Shown piece by piece: positions 1 through 8,200 of a DNA stretch of 16,280 nt. A program made the translations under genes and the position numbers. The DNA comes from Nanobdellati archaeon (GTDB lineage Archaea > EX4484-52 > WAPT01): positions 1-16,280 of the forward strand of contig WAPT01000018.1 in assembly GCA_015520605.1 (NCBI GenBank), written 5' to 3'. The notes beneath the pieces were generated by a model. The model was not told the DNA's origin. It worked only from the letters and a program-made list of their open reading frames with translations, and searched no databases. Position 1 is the first letter of the stretch; every line of letters starts with the position of its first letter.

Positions 1-35
1 TTACTTTCATTAAGAATCTGTGGTGAGGTAAAGAT

Positions 36-449
36 ATGCTTCAACCATGGTTCATCTATTCACTGTTCGCATTTTTTGGATATTTTGCGGTGAACTTCAT
101 ATTTAAGTTGATAAGCAACGAGAACCCTTATTTAATGTCTCTCCTGCTATATGGTTGTGCGGCTCTGGCAATGCTCATCGTTGTTTTATCTGAAAAAAGG
201 GTTGTGATAAACAGTTTTAAGAACATTGCGCTGGCATCACTTGCCGGAATTTTTTCGGTTATTGCAACTGTGTTTGCGCTCAAATCAATCAAAATTGCTC
301 CAAATCCTGGATATAGTGTTGCTATTTATTCTGCTAATTTCGTTTTGCTCGCCATTATATCGTCTTTGGTATTTAAATCCGAGTTGAGTTTGACCAAGTT
401 TATCGGGATCATAAGCATTTTTGCAGGCATTGTGCTGCTGAGTGTTTGA
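36..449 (+). CDS. EamA/DMT-family small membrane transporter (single domain, about 5 TM helices)
   Basis: 137 aa, almost all hydrophobic. C-terminal ...LVFKSELSLTKFIGIISIFAGIVLL pattern is typical of DMT/EamA. RBS GAGGT lies 6 nt before ATG 36. Confidence 0.75.
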   Translation: MLQPWFIYSLFAFFGYFAVNFIFKLISNENPYLMSLLLYGCAALAMLIVVLSEKRVVINSFKNIALASLAGIFSVIATVFALKSIKIAPNPGYSVAIYSANFVLLAIISSLVFKSELSLTKFIGIISIFAGIVLLSV

Positions 450-506
450 TTCAACTTAAAAAACTTAACACCCAACATCAAAATTAAGTCAGAGAAGGTG
501 TATTAT

Positions 507-1781
507 ATGAACATCAAAGCTGTGTTGCTTGCCGCCGGTGAAAGCTCCCGTTTCTGGCCTTTAAGTGAGGGCAGACACAAGAGCACGATAAAAGTGGCTG
601 GCATACCCATAGTTTTATGGACGATTAAAAGTTTAATGAAAGCTGGCATCAACGATTTTGTGGTGGTGCAGAGCCCGAAAAGAGATGTAGAATCCTGTTT
701 GAAATCCTACGATATCAATGCCAGTATTGAGTTCGTAATTCAGCCAGAGCCGAAAGGTATGGGTGATGCTGTTGAAAGGGCAAGAGAGTTTGTGGATGAT
801 TATTTTCTTGTACTCAATCCAAATCATGCCGATGCTCACGAGCTCGTTAGGCCAATGCTTAGCGTACTAAAAAAGAAAAGCCCCGAACTCGTGCTTCTGG
901 GAAAGGAAACTCAAGAGCCATGGAACTACGGAGTTTTCGAGCTTGATGAAGGGGGGAACCCAACAGGCATAGTGGAAAAGCCCGAAAAGGGCAAGGAGCC
1001 ATCAAACATCAGAGTAATGGGAATTTATTTACTTTCCTCAAAGTTCTTTGACTATCATGAAAAAGCCAGCAAGCATCACTACTCTTATGAAGAAGCGCTG
1101 GACGCCATGCTGAAGAAAGAGAGGGCAGAACTGATACTCACAGATAAGCGCACAACAAGTCTCAAATATCCGTGGCATATTTTCGATTTTGTGAGGCATG
1201 TGCTAGATTTATGGTTTGAAAAGAGTTATATAGGTGAAAATGCTGAAATTTCAGAAAAGGCTGTGCTGAAGGGAAAGGTAATTGTGGAAAATGGAGCAAA
1301 GATAATGGAGAATGCTGTTGTGAAGGGCCCGGTATACATCGGAAGGAACGCTCTTATCGGCACAGGAGCTTTAGTGAGAGAATATACTACAATTGAATCT
1401 TGTGTGATGGTCGGCGCGAACGCGGAGATTACGAGAAGCGTGTTTCTGGACGGTGTGCACGTGCATTCCGGATTCTTTGGCGATACCATTCTTGGAGAAA
1501 ACACGAAGGTCGGCGCCGGTACGATTTTTGCCAATGTTAGACTGGACAGGGAAACTGTGAAGGTAGAGGTAAAAGGTAAAAAAATTGATTCAGGAAGAAA
1601 AAAACTGGGGGGCATTGTGGGGGGCGATACGGCTATTGGCATAAACTGCAGTATAATGCCCGGTAAATTGATAGGAAATAATGCTTTTATCGGTCCTGCA
1701 AGTGTCGTGGACAGAAATGTTCCCTCCAACACGAAATATTTTACAAAATTTGAAAAGGTGATTGAAGATGAGCAAGATTAA
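507..1781 (+). CDS. GlmU-like bifunctional sugar-1-phosphate nucleotidyltransferase / acetyltransferase (NTase domain degenerate at metal-ligand positions)
   Basis: N-terminal LLAAGESSR..PL....K, QPEPKGMGDA, YGV and IVEKP motifs. C-terminal hexapeptide left-handed beta-helix with HSGFFGD..G....GAGTI.AN. ATG 507 is preferred over GTG 498 because AGGTG at 496-500 is the RBS. Confidence 0.85.
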   Translation: MNIKAVLLAAGESSRFWPLSEGRHKSTIKVAGIPIVLWTIKSLMKAGINDFVVVQSPKRDVESCLKSYDINASIEFVIQPEPKGMGDAVERAREFVDDYFLVLNPNHADAHELVRPMLSVLKKKSPELVLLGKETQEPWNYGVFELDEGGNPTGIVEKPEKGKEPSNIRVMGIYLLSSKFFDYHEKASKHHYSYEEALDAMLKKERAELILTDKRTTSLKYPWHIFDFVRHVLDLWFEKSYIGENAEISEKAVLKGKVIVENGAKIMENAVVKGPVYIGRNALIGTGALVREYTTIESCVMVGANAEITRSVFLDGVHVHSGFFGDTILGENTKVGAGTIFANVRLDRETVKVEVKGKKIDSGRKKLGGIVGGDTAIGINCSIMPGKLIGNNAFIGPASVVDRNVPSNTKYFTKFEKVIEDEQD

Positions 1782-2469
1782 AGTGATCATATTTGATGCT
1801 GACCATACTCTTTACTCTTTTGATGCGGAAGAGGCTTATGATGATATGTTTTCTTACCTCGCCAGGGTTCTCAATGAGGAAAAGACCGTGGTTGAGAGAG
1901 TATGGAGGGAACATATCAACAACATTCTTAACTCAAGAGACGCCAAAAACCCCGAAAAAAGAAGCAGATACTATTCGCTCTTTATTGTTCTGGGTCAGTT
2001 TGGGCTGGTGGATGACGATGGAATGGAACGGGTAATGGAGGAGGCTCTTGCCATATTCTGGGACAGGGTACTTGCGACCATTTCTCCAGCGGTTCCAAAC
2101 CTCGAAGATTTTCTGTCCGATCTCGCTTCCCGTTACACTCTCTGCATAGCTAGCGACGAGTTCAGAGACTTTCTGGAGCTGAAGCTTAATAGAGTTGTGC
2201 CTCTCTGGCGCGATGTTTTTAAGCTCGTGATTACTCCAGAAAATATGGGCACGATGAAACCCTCGAGAAAATACTACCGGTATGTGCTGAAAAACCTTGA
2301 CGTAAAGCCGGAGGAATGTGTGGTTGTTGGAGACAGCTGGGAGCGGGACTTAAAACCGGCAAAGGAACTCGGTATGAAAACCGTATTGATCTCGGAGAAA
2401 AAAAAGGGCAATCCGGATGCTCACATAAAAACACTGAGTGATCTTGAAAATGTGCTGGAAAAATTATGA
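1768..2469 (+). CDS. HAD-superfamily (subfamily IA) phosphatase
   Basis: Motif I IFDADHTL, motif III KPS, motif IV VVGDSWERD. RBS GGTGA at 1757-1761 favours ATG 1768. Overlaps the upstream gene by 14 nt. Confidence 0.88.
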   Translation: MSKIKVIIFDADHTLYSFDAEEAYDDMFSYLARVLNEEKTVVERVWREHINNILNSRDAKNPEKRSRYYSLFIVLGQFGLVDDDGMERVMEEALAIFWDRVLATISPAVPNLEDFLSDLASRYTLCIASDEFRDFLELKLNRVVPLWRDVFKLVITPENMGTMKPSRKYYRYVLKNLDVKPEECVVVGDSWERDLKPAKELGMKTVLISEKKKGNPDAHIKTLSDLENVLEKL

Positions 2470-2481
2470 GGTGATGTAACT

Positions 2482-3456
2482 ATGGTTAGAATTGTGTGCT
2501 TTGGTGGTGGATCCGCAATGCCAAAACTCGTACTTTCCCAGCTGAAGGATATTGAAGGAATCGAACTGGTTTCCGTTACCTCTATGGTCGATAATGGTGG
2601 CTCTACCGGTGCTTTGAGAATAGAGTTCGATGTTCTGCCCCCAGGAGACATAAGGAGACATGTGCTCGCGCTATCGGAAGCAGAGGATTGGAAGAAAAAG
2701 CTCTGGCAGTTGAGGTTTGCGAATGATGTCGTTTTTGACGGCGGGCACAGAGGACACAACTTTGCCAATGTTTTCATCGCCGGACTTGAACATGTGCTCG
2801 GAAGCTTTGAGAAAGCGATGGAAATTGTGCACGAGTTCATGAAGGTTAAGGGCAGATGTCTCCCCGCCACACTTGACAGGGTACAGCTGTGTGCCGAGCT
2901 GGAGAACGGCCAGATTATAGTTGGAGAGGATGAAATCGATGTGCCGAAACAGCATGACGGGAATCTGCGCATAGTGAGGGTATGGCTTGAGCCTGAAGCA
3001 AAAGCATATAAGCCCGTTCTGGATGAAATAAATGAAGCTGACTTCATAATCGTGGGGCCGGGAGATCTGTACTCGAGCCTCGTATGCTGCTTCCTGCCAA
3101 AAGGAATCAGGGAAACGATATCTAGAAGTGGAGCAAAAAAGATTTTCATAGCCTCTGCAATGACAAAGTTTGGGGAAAGTAACAACTTTTCTGTCGAGGA
3201 TTTCGTAAAGGTGATTGAAAACTACATGGGATCAAAACTTGATTTTGTTCTTTATAACACCAAAATACCAGACGATAAGCGCGTTAGGGAGTTCAAGATT
3301 GAGGAACCGCTTCTGCTGGAAGTTGTGAAACGCAAAAGTAAAGAGAGCGAGGGTGAGAAGTTCATTGGCAGGGATCTGTTGCTTGATGAGGGCCCGATAA
3401 TTTATGATCCAAAAAAGGTTAGAGACGCTCTGCTCGAAATAATGCAGCTCAAATGA
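2482..3456 (+). CDS. yvcK: YvcK/GlmR (UPF0052, CofD-like) family protein
   Basis: GGGSA, DNGGSTG, PPGDIR, GHNFAN, GEDEID and GPGDLYSS motifs match the YvcK/CofD family. RBS GAGGTGA at 2468-2474. Confidence 0.88.
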   Translation: MVRIVCFGGGSAMPKLVLSQLKDIEGIELVSVTSMVDNGGSTGALRIEFDVLPPGDIRRHVLALSEAEDWKKKLWQLRFANDVVFDGGHRGHNFANVFIAGLEHVLGSFEKAMEIVHEFMKVKGRCLPATLDRVQLCAELENGQIIVGEDEIDVPKQHDGNLRIVRVWLEPEAKAYKPVLDEINEADFIIVGPGDLYSSLVCCFLPKGIRETISRSGAKKIFIASAMTKFGESNNFSVEDFVKVIENYMGSKLDFVLYNTKIPDDKRVREFKIEEPLLLEVVKRKSKESEGEKFIGRDLLLDEGPIIYDPKKVRDALLEIMQLK

Positions 3457-3487
3457 CAGACTTGCATGATGGATTTACACCATAAAC

Positions 3488-3502
3488 TTTAATCTTTAAT
3501 AA
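3488..3502 (+). promoter_or_regulatory. Probable TATA box for a leaderless glycosyltransferase transcript
   Basis: TTTAATC followed by TTTAATAA. The first box ends about 24 nt before ATG 3519, which has no RBS. Confidence 0.4.
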
Positions 3503-3518
3503 CCCTACTCAAACCATC

Positions 3519-4631
3519 ATGGGTGCAAAACCCAAAGTAGTGATCGTGGGTTGGGATACTCATTCAGGTGTTTACGGTGGATTGGAAGTCCATCTAAGAC
3601 GTGTATTTTCCTTTTTGAAGGAGAGTAGAGATATTGATTTCTGGATTCTTCTCCCTTCGTGGAATGGAAAAGCGGTCAAAGACGAAAAAAAGAGGATTCT
3701 GAGAGTCCCCATATTAAAAGGAACTCTTATGGACACGGCAGTAACTTACGCAAGAAATATCGCAAAGATACTGGAAAGTTATGCATTCGATGTTCTGCAC
3801 ACTCACGACTGGATGGGTGCGATGGCTGCTTTAATATTGAAGCGAGGACGGGCTTTCAGATGGGTGCACACCCACCACTCCCTATGGTTTACGAGACAGC
3901 TTTTCATGCATGAGAAGGATGAGATCATGAGGATTGAGCTTGAAACCGAAAATGCTGACGTTACCATAACTGTCAGCAAGCTTATGAAGATGGCTGCCGA
4001 AAAGAATGGTCTGTGTGTTGATGATGTTGTTTATGGAGGATCCAGTTTTGATGATGCGAATTGCAAGGTCATTGGGAGAGATGGCAACACTTGCAGCACT
4101 ACCAAGCAAAATAGGAACGGTTATTTCCTTTACGTGGGAAGACTCACAAAACATAAGGGTATCGATCTCCTTATTCATGCTTATCGCAAGTATCTCGATC
4201 TTGCTGATAATCCGAAAAAGCTTGTAGTTGTGGGGTGTGGTGAGCAGGAAAATAAGTTAAGGTGGCTCCTCAACCTGCTGAACCTGAGGAGTATGGTTAA
4301 AGTCGCGGGATTCTTAAGCAAGAGCGAGCTTCTCAGGCTTTATGCTGAAGCTCATGTTGCCATTCATCCCGCTTACTTCGAGCCGTACGGTATAAGTCTC
4401 GTGGACTGTGCGAAGCTGAAGGTTCCGCTCATAGCGTCTAGGAACTGTGGCGCTCTCGAAGTGCTGAAAAATGTCACAGTAATGCAAAGTCTAAGCTCTG
4501 GAAACATAGCCGAAACGATGTTAAAAGCGAGTGAAGCAAAATCCAAGCTAAATCCCGCCAGATGCGCAACAAACATCAGCTGGAACGATGTTGCTCAAAA
4601 ATACGTCCAATATTATCTCGATGTTTCGTAA
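3519..4631 (+). CDS. Glycosyltransferase family 4 (GT-B, retaining)
   Basis: GGLEVH, DVLHTHDW, ITVS, FLYVGRLTKHKGIDLLI and EPYGISLVD (E-x7-D variant of the E-x7-E motif). Confidence 0.9.
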   Translation: MGAKPKVVIVGWDTHSGVYGGLEVHLRRVFSFLKESRDIDFWILLPSWNGKAVKDEKKRILRVPILKGTLMDTAVTYARNIAKILESYAFDVLHTHDWMGAMAALILKRGRAFRWVHTHHSLWFTRQLFMHEKDEIMRIELETENADVTITVSKLMKMAAEKNGLCVDDVVYGGSSFDDANCKVIGRDGNTCSTTKQNRNGYFLYVGRLTKHKGIDLLIHAYRKYLDLADNPKKLVVVGCGEQENKLRWLLNLLNLRSMVKVAGFLSKSELLRLYAEAHVAIHPAYFEPYGISLVDCAKLKVPLIASRNCGALEVLKNVTVMQSLSSGNIAETMLKASEAKSKLNPARCATNISWNDVAQKYVQYYLDVS

Positions 4632-4641
4632 GCAAAAATCT

Positions 4642-5499
4642 CTAACGTATTTTGGTCCACATACATTTGCCGTCAACACATCTGCATGCCATCCCGTACT
4701 TAGCTGAATTGTAGCACGGCCTCACTTCACAGGTCGTAATAACGGGCTTCTCATGCACGCTCTGACACACCTGAGCTGAACATCCCGAAACATAGCATTC
4801 CGAATCGCTGCTGCACCTCCCTCCAGTGGACCATCCGCAGAACCCATCAGAGTCGTTTTCGTTCGTTGTGACGGGAACTTTTCTCTGATCGGGTTGAGGT
4901 GAGGTAGTAGCGCTTGTGTTGTTCGTTCCTTTCCCCAAACTTGGAATAACGCTGCGTTCCCTATTTTTTAGATTTACAGTTCCCTCCCACAGAAGCCTCG
5001 GCTTGATGTGCGTTTCGCCTTTAGAGAACTCCACCCCGTAGATCTTCAGGGTGTAGGTCTTCTGTTCGAGATTCCCGATTTTCATATGCACGGTGTAGTC
5101 GCACAGACATCTGCATATATCTCCAACATTTCTCTCCAAAATGATTATCTCACTGCCGTTTTTTCTTGCCTCCACCTTTATTCTGGCACAGCAGAAGTAT
5201 ACGAGAGAATGTACCACCGTTATCGTGTTATTGAAAACGTTCACGATTATGTCCGCTCCACCTTCCTTATTCTCGTAGTTCTCGAGACCCCGTGTTTCTC
5301 CACGAGAATTTTCACATCCGCGAACCCCGTACTGAAAGCTCAATCTGGTAGCATTGGTCGCGTTTCTTCCGGGATTCCAATAACTTTTTGTTAACAACAC
5401 TCCAGCCCCGGCAAACGCTAAGAGCAGCAGAAGAGCCACCAGCTGGAAGACGGCCTTCCTTGAAACCCAAACCACCGGCTTTTCAACCATTTTGTTCAT
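4642..5499 (-). CDS. Membrane-anchored or secreted Cys-rich protein with a C-terminal eight-cysteine-cluster-type domain
   Basis: N-terminal hydrophobic helix; domain with CC and CxCxC; S/T/P-rich linker; C-terminal FCGWST.G.C..D..C...GC..QVC.......TTCE...CY.......C.CV.GKC.W resembling the archaeal eight-cysteine-cluster domain. Confidence 0.75.
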   Translation of the reverse strand: MNKMVEKPVVWVSRKAVFQLVALLLLLAFAGAGVLLTKSYWNPGRNATNATRLSFQYGVRGCENSRGETRGLENYENKEGGADIIVNVFNNTITVVHSLVYFCCARIKVEARKNGSEIIILERNVGDICRCLCDYTVHMKIGNLEQKTYTLKIYGVEFSKGETHIKPRLLWEGTVNLKNRERSVIPSLGKGTNNTSATTSPQPDQRKVPVTTNENDSDGFCGWSTGGRCSSDSECYVSGCSAQVCQSVHEKPVITTCEVRPCYNSAKYGMACRCVDGKCMWTKIR

Positions 5500-5524
5500 G
5501 TTAGTGTATAATTAGATCGGGAAT

Positions 5525-5534
5525 AATTTAAATT
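5525..5534. promoter_or_regulatory. Palindromic bidirectional TATA element between divergent genes
   Basis: AATTTAAATT is a perfect palindrome centred about 30 nt from both ATG 5499 (-) and ATG 5559 (+). Neither gene has an RBS. Confidence 0.55.
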
Positions 5535-5558
5535 CATCATCCTCACAAAATTATCTCC

Positions 5559-6605
5559 ATGACGTTGGTGATAAAAGCGAGGGAAGATGCAGTTGATGAC
5601 AGCACTCTGAAGCCCGCGGCGAGAGCCATAAGGGTAGGTGGAGTTGTTATATTCCCAACGGAGACCGTTTACGGCATAGGAGCTGATGCTTTTAATCCGC
5701 GTGCCGTTAGAAAGATCTTCGAGATAAAGAAGAGACCCGCAGATAACCCCCTGATAGTTCACATAGCGAAGCTCGAGGATTTGGAAAAACTTGTGAAAAC
5801 CATCCCGCATGAAGCAAGAAAACTCATCGATGCATTCTGGCCTGGACCTCTTACCCTCATCCTACCAAAAAAAGATCATGTCCCTAAAGAGGCCACGGCC
5901 GGTCTTCCGACCGTTGCTGTGAGGATGCCGGCCCACCGTGTTGCGTTAAAGTTAATTGAGCTGAGTGAGACACCAATCGCCGCACCCAGTGCAAATCCGG
6001 CGGGGAAGCCTTCGGGCACGGATGGGAGACATGTCATAGAGGATTTCTACGGAAAAGTTGATGTTATAATAGATGGTGGCAGAACTTCACTTGGCCTCGA
6101 GTCTACCGTCCTCGATCTCACGGGAGAAAAACCAAGAATAGTGAGGCCCGGCTTCATAACCAGGGAAGATATAGAGAGCGTGCTTAGCAAAGAAGTCGAA
6201 ATATACGTGCCGAAAAAAAACGAGAAACCCGTTTCTCCAGGTATGAAGTACAGACACTACGCACCGGATGCTGAGATGATGGTTGTTACGGGGGATGAAA
6301 GAGAAAAACTCAAAAAAATGAAAAATGCTGTGGAAAAGATGCTATGGGAGGGAAAAAAGATCGGTTTGATTCTGTTCCGTGACGATATTCCGGCGGAACT
6401 CGCACATCTGGAGCGGGTGGAAAATTGCGTAATAAAGATCTGCTCATCCGACGAGAGACTTGCAGCTTCCAAGCTTTTCTCAACACTGAGGGAGTTCGAT
6501 GAAGATGGCGTGGACACGATACTGGCGGAGGGAAAAGAGGAGAGAGGTCTTTGGCTTGCAATAATGAACCGTGTCAAGAAGGCCGCTGGCGGAAAATTAC
6601 TGTGA
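5559..6605 (+). CDS. sua5: L-threonylcarbamoyladenylate synthase Sua5 (YrdC domain plus Sua5 C-terminal domain)
   Basis: FPTETVYGIG, K.RPADNPLIVH, FWPGPLT, AVRMP, AAPSAN, SPGMKYRHYAP linker, C-terminal AIMNRVKKAA. Confidence 0.97.
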   Translation: MTLVIKAREDAVDDSTLKPAARAIRVGGVVIFPTETVYGIGADAFNPRAVRKIFEIKKRPADNPLIVHIAKLEDLEKLVKTIPHEARKLIDAFWPGPLTLILPKKDHVPKEATAGLPTVAVRMPAHRVALKLIELSETPIAAPSANPAGKPSGTDGRHVIEDFYGKVDVIIDGGRTSLGLESTVLDLTGEKPRIVRPGFITREDIESVLSKEVEIYVPKKNEKPVSPGMKYRHYAPDAEMMVVTGDEREKLKKMKNAVEKMLWEGKKIGLILFRDDIPAELAHLERVENCVIKICSSDERLAASKLFSTLREFDEDGVDTILAEGKEERGLWLAIMNRVKKAAGGKLL

Positions 6606-6684
6606 ATGTAACTTCCACCGGAAATTTTTTAAGATCGGCATGAAAATAAAATTTAACCCACCGTGAGTAAATCGATGATGCCAC

Positions 6685-7122
6685 ATGAAAAAAGCAATAT
6701 CACCACTCATAGCGAGCGTAATCCTTGTAGCGATAACAGTTGGTCTTGCGGTGCTGGTAGGTAGTTGGCTAAGAAATTATGCAGCATCCCAAACAGCCGA
6801 TACAAAAAAAACGAGCACTAGCACTATTCAATGCTTTAACGCAAGAGTGAACATAAAGAATGTGGTTCTGTACTCTGGGGATGTGGTGGTTGTTGTGGAG
6901 AACAACGGTTTGAGGGATCTCAGAATCACAAGGATTGTTGCCTACAACTCAACGGTTGCCAGTTGCACAGTGTATGAAAATACTACTGGAGTACCCCTAA
7001 ATGCTGGGGAAATGCGCGTCTTCCGCGGAAGGTGCGGTGGCGATTTCGGCATCGTGGAGAGAGTAAGGGTCTCCACGAACTGCCCGTCCGTTTACGATGT
7101 GTGGGTGAACGAAAGCGCATAA
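6685..7122 (+). CDS. Archaeal type IV pilin-like protein (class III signal peptide)
   Basis: MKKA|ISPLIASVILVAITVGLAVLV matches a PibD/FlaK cleavage site followed by a hydrophobic helix. Beta-rich C-terminal domain with 4 Cys. Confidence 0.85.
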   Translation: MKKAISPLIASVILVAITVGLAVLVGSWLRNYAASQTADTKKTSTSTIQCFNARVNIKNVVLYSGDVVVVVENNGLRDLRITRIVAYNSTVASCTVYENTTGVPLNAGEMRVFRGRCGGDFGIVERVRVSTNCPSVYDVWVNESA

Positions 7123-7195
7123 AATTAGCAGCAGAACGAACAATTTCCTAGATACTCTATTTGGATTTTATGCTGACTACCCACTGAGCAACAAC

Positions 7196-7203
7196 TTTAT
7201 ATA
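7196..7203 (+). promoter_or_regulatory. TATA box for the CaCA antiporter-enolase transcript (likely leaderless)
   Basis: TTTATATA ends 23 nt before ATG 7227. Confidence 0.55.
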
Positions 7204-7226
7204 CACGATATAAGTAATATTTCAGT

Positions 7227-8183
7227 ATGTCTGGAGCCATGCTTAGATACTTACTTGCAATAACCGCGGGGTTGTTTCTCCTGAATAAGGGGGCGGACTG
7301 GTTTGTTGACTCATGTAACAGACTGGCTCTGCGTTTCAGAATTTCACCGTTTGTGATCGGTTTTTTCGGGGTGGCATTTGCAACATCCCTGCCGGAGATC
7401 GTTTCAACATGGTATGCTTCCTTTAAATCCTTCAGTGGCATCGCCGTAGGAAATATTGTAGGCAGCAACATAGCGAACATCGGGTTAATATTCGGGTTGG
7501 CTCTCATCGTTTCTCGTGATGGGATCAAACTCTCCAAACGTGAAGTGAGTGGGGAACTTGAAATGCTCCTCATAACGCTTATCTCAGCTGTGTTTCTACT
7601 TTCCGGAAGAATGCTAAGCAGATCAGAAGGCGCTGTGCTCCTTTCACTTTTCGTACTTTATTTATGGATGTGGTACAGAAGAGAAAAAAATAACAAATAC
7701 TGCCTGGGAAATAAAAAGATATCAACTGGGGCGAACGGCAGTTTGTTCAGGATTGTGATGGTCCTTTTCGGGGGGATCGTAAGCGTGTTCGTGGGTGCTT
7801 ATCTGGTGGTTAACAGCTCGAAAGCGATCGCAGATATGATGGGTGTAGCGGACACGTTCATCGGTGTCACTCTCGTAGCCGTGGGAACTTCTCTACCGGA
7901 ATTGTTCACCACAATAGCAACCTTAAGAAAGAACTACACGGAAATGCTTTTCGGTGACTTGATCGGGAGCAACATAGTCAACCTGCTCGTCGCCCTTGGA
8001 GGAGCGGCTGTCATAAGGAGTATTCTCCTCGATTTTTGCGGGATGATAAGTGCAATTAATATGGTCATAATGGCTGTTGTCTTCACCCTCATGAGTATGC
8101 ACAGGAAATACTCCAGATACGAAGGTGTCATACTTTTACTCCTGTACGTCCTTTTCATGTATGTTGCTTACGTAACTGGATGA
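7227..8183 (+). CDS. Calcium/sodium (cation) antiporter, CaCA family (YrbG / NCX_Mj type)
   Basis: Two alpha repeats: AFATSLPE...GNIVGSNIAN and AVGTSLPE...GDLIGSNIVN. About 10 TM segments. Confidence 0.93.
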   Translation: MSGAMLRYLLAITAGLFLLNKGADWFVDSCNRLALRFRISPFVIGFFGVAFATSLPEIVSTWYASFKSFSGIAVGNIVGSNIANIGLIFGLALIVSRDGIKLSKREVSGELEMLLITLISAVFLLSGRMLSRSEGAVLLSLFVLYLWMWYRREKNNKYCLGNKKISTGANGSLFRIVMVLFGGIVSVFVGAYLVVNSSKAIADMMGVADTFIGVTLVAVGTSLPELFTTIATLRKNYTEMLFGDLIGSNIVNLLVALGGAAVIRSILLDFCGMISAINMVIMAVVFTLMSMHRKYSRYEGVILLLLYVLFMYVAYVTG

Positions 8184-8200
8184 ATATGGGGGTGATTTCC

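Noticed and set aside
2421-3185. 254-aa antisense ORF opposite yvcK, and similar shadow ORFs (1226-1732, 8155-8782, 8954-9472, 11854-12252, 14820-15452)
   Set aside because: They lie opposite well-supported genes, show Ser/Phe/Pro-rich antisense composition and have no recognisable motifs.
2482-3456. Calling this gene cofD (F420 biosynthesis)
   Set aside because: The DNGGSTG, PPGDIR and GPGDLYSS motifs fit the YvcK branch, and no cofC, cofE, cofG or cofH is nearby.
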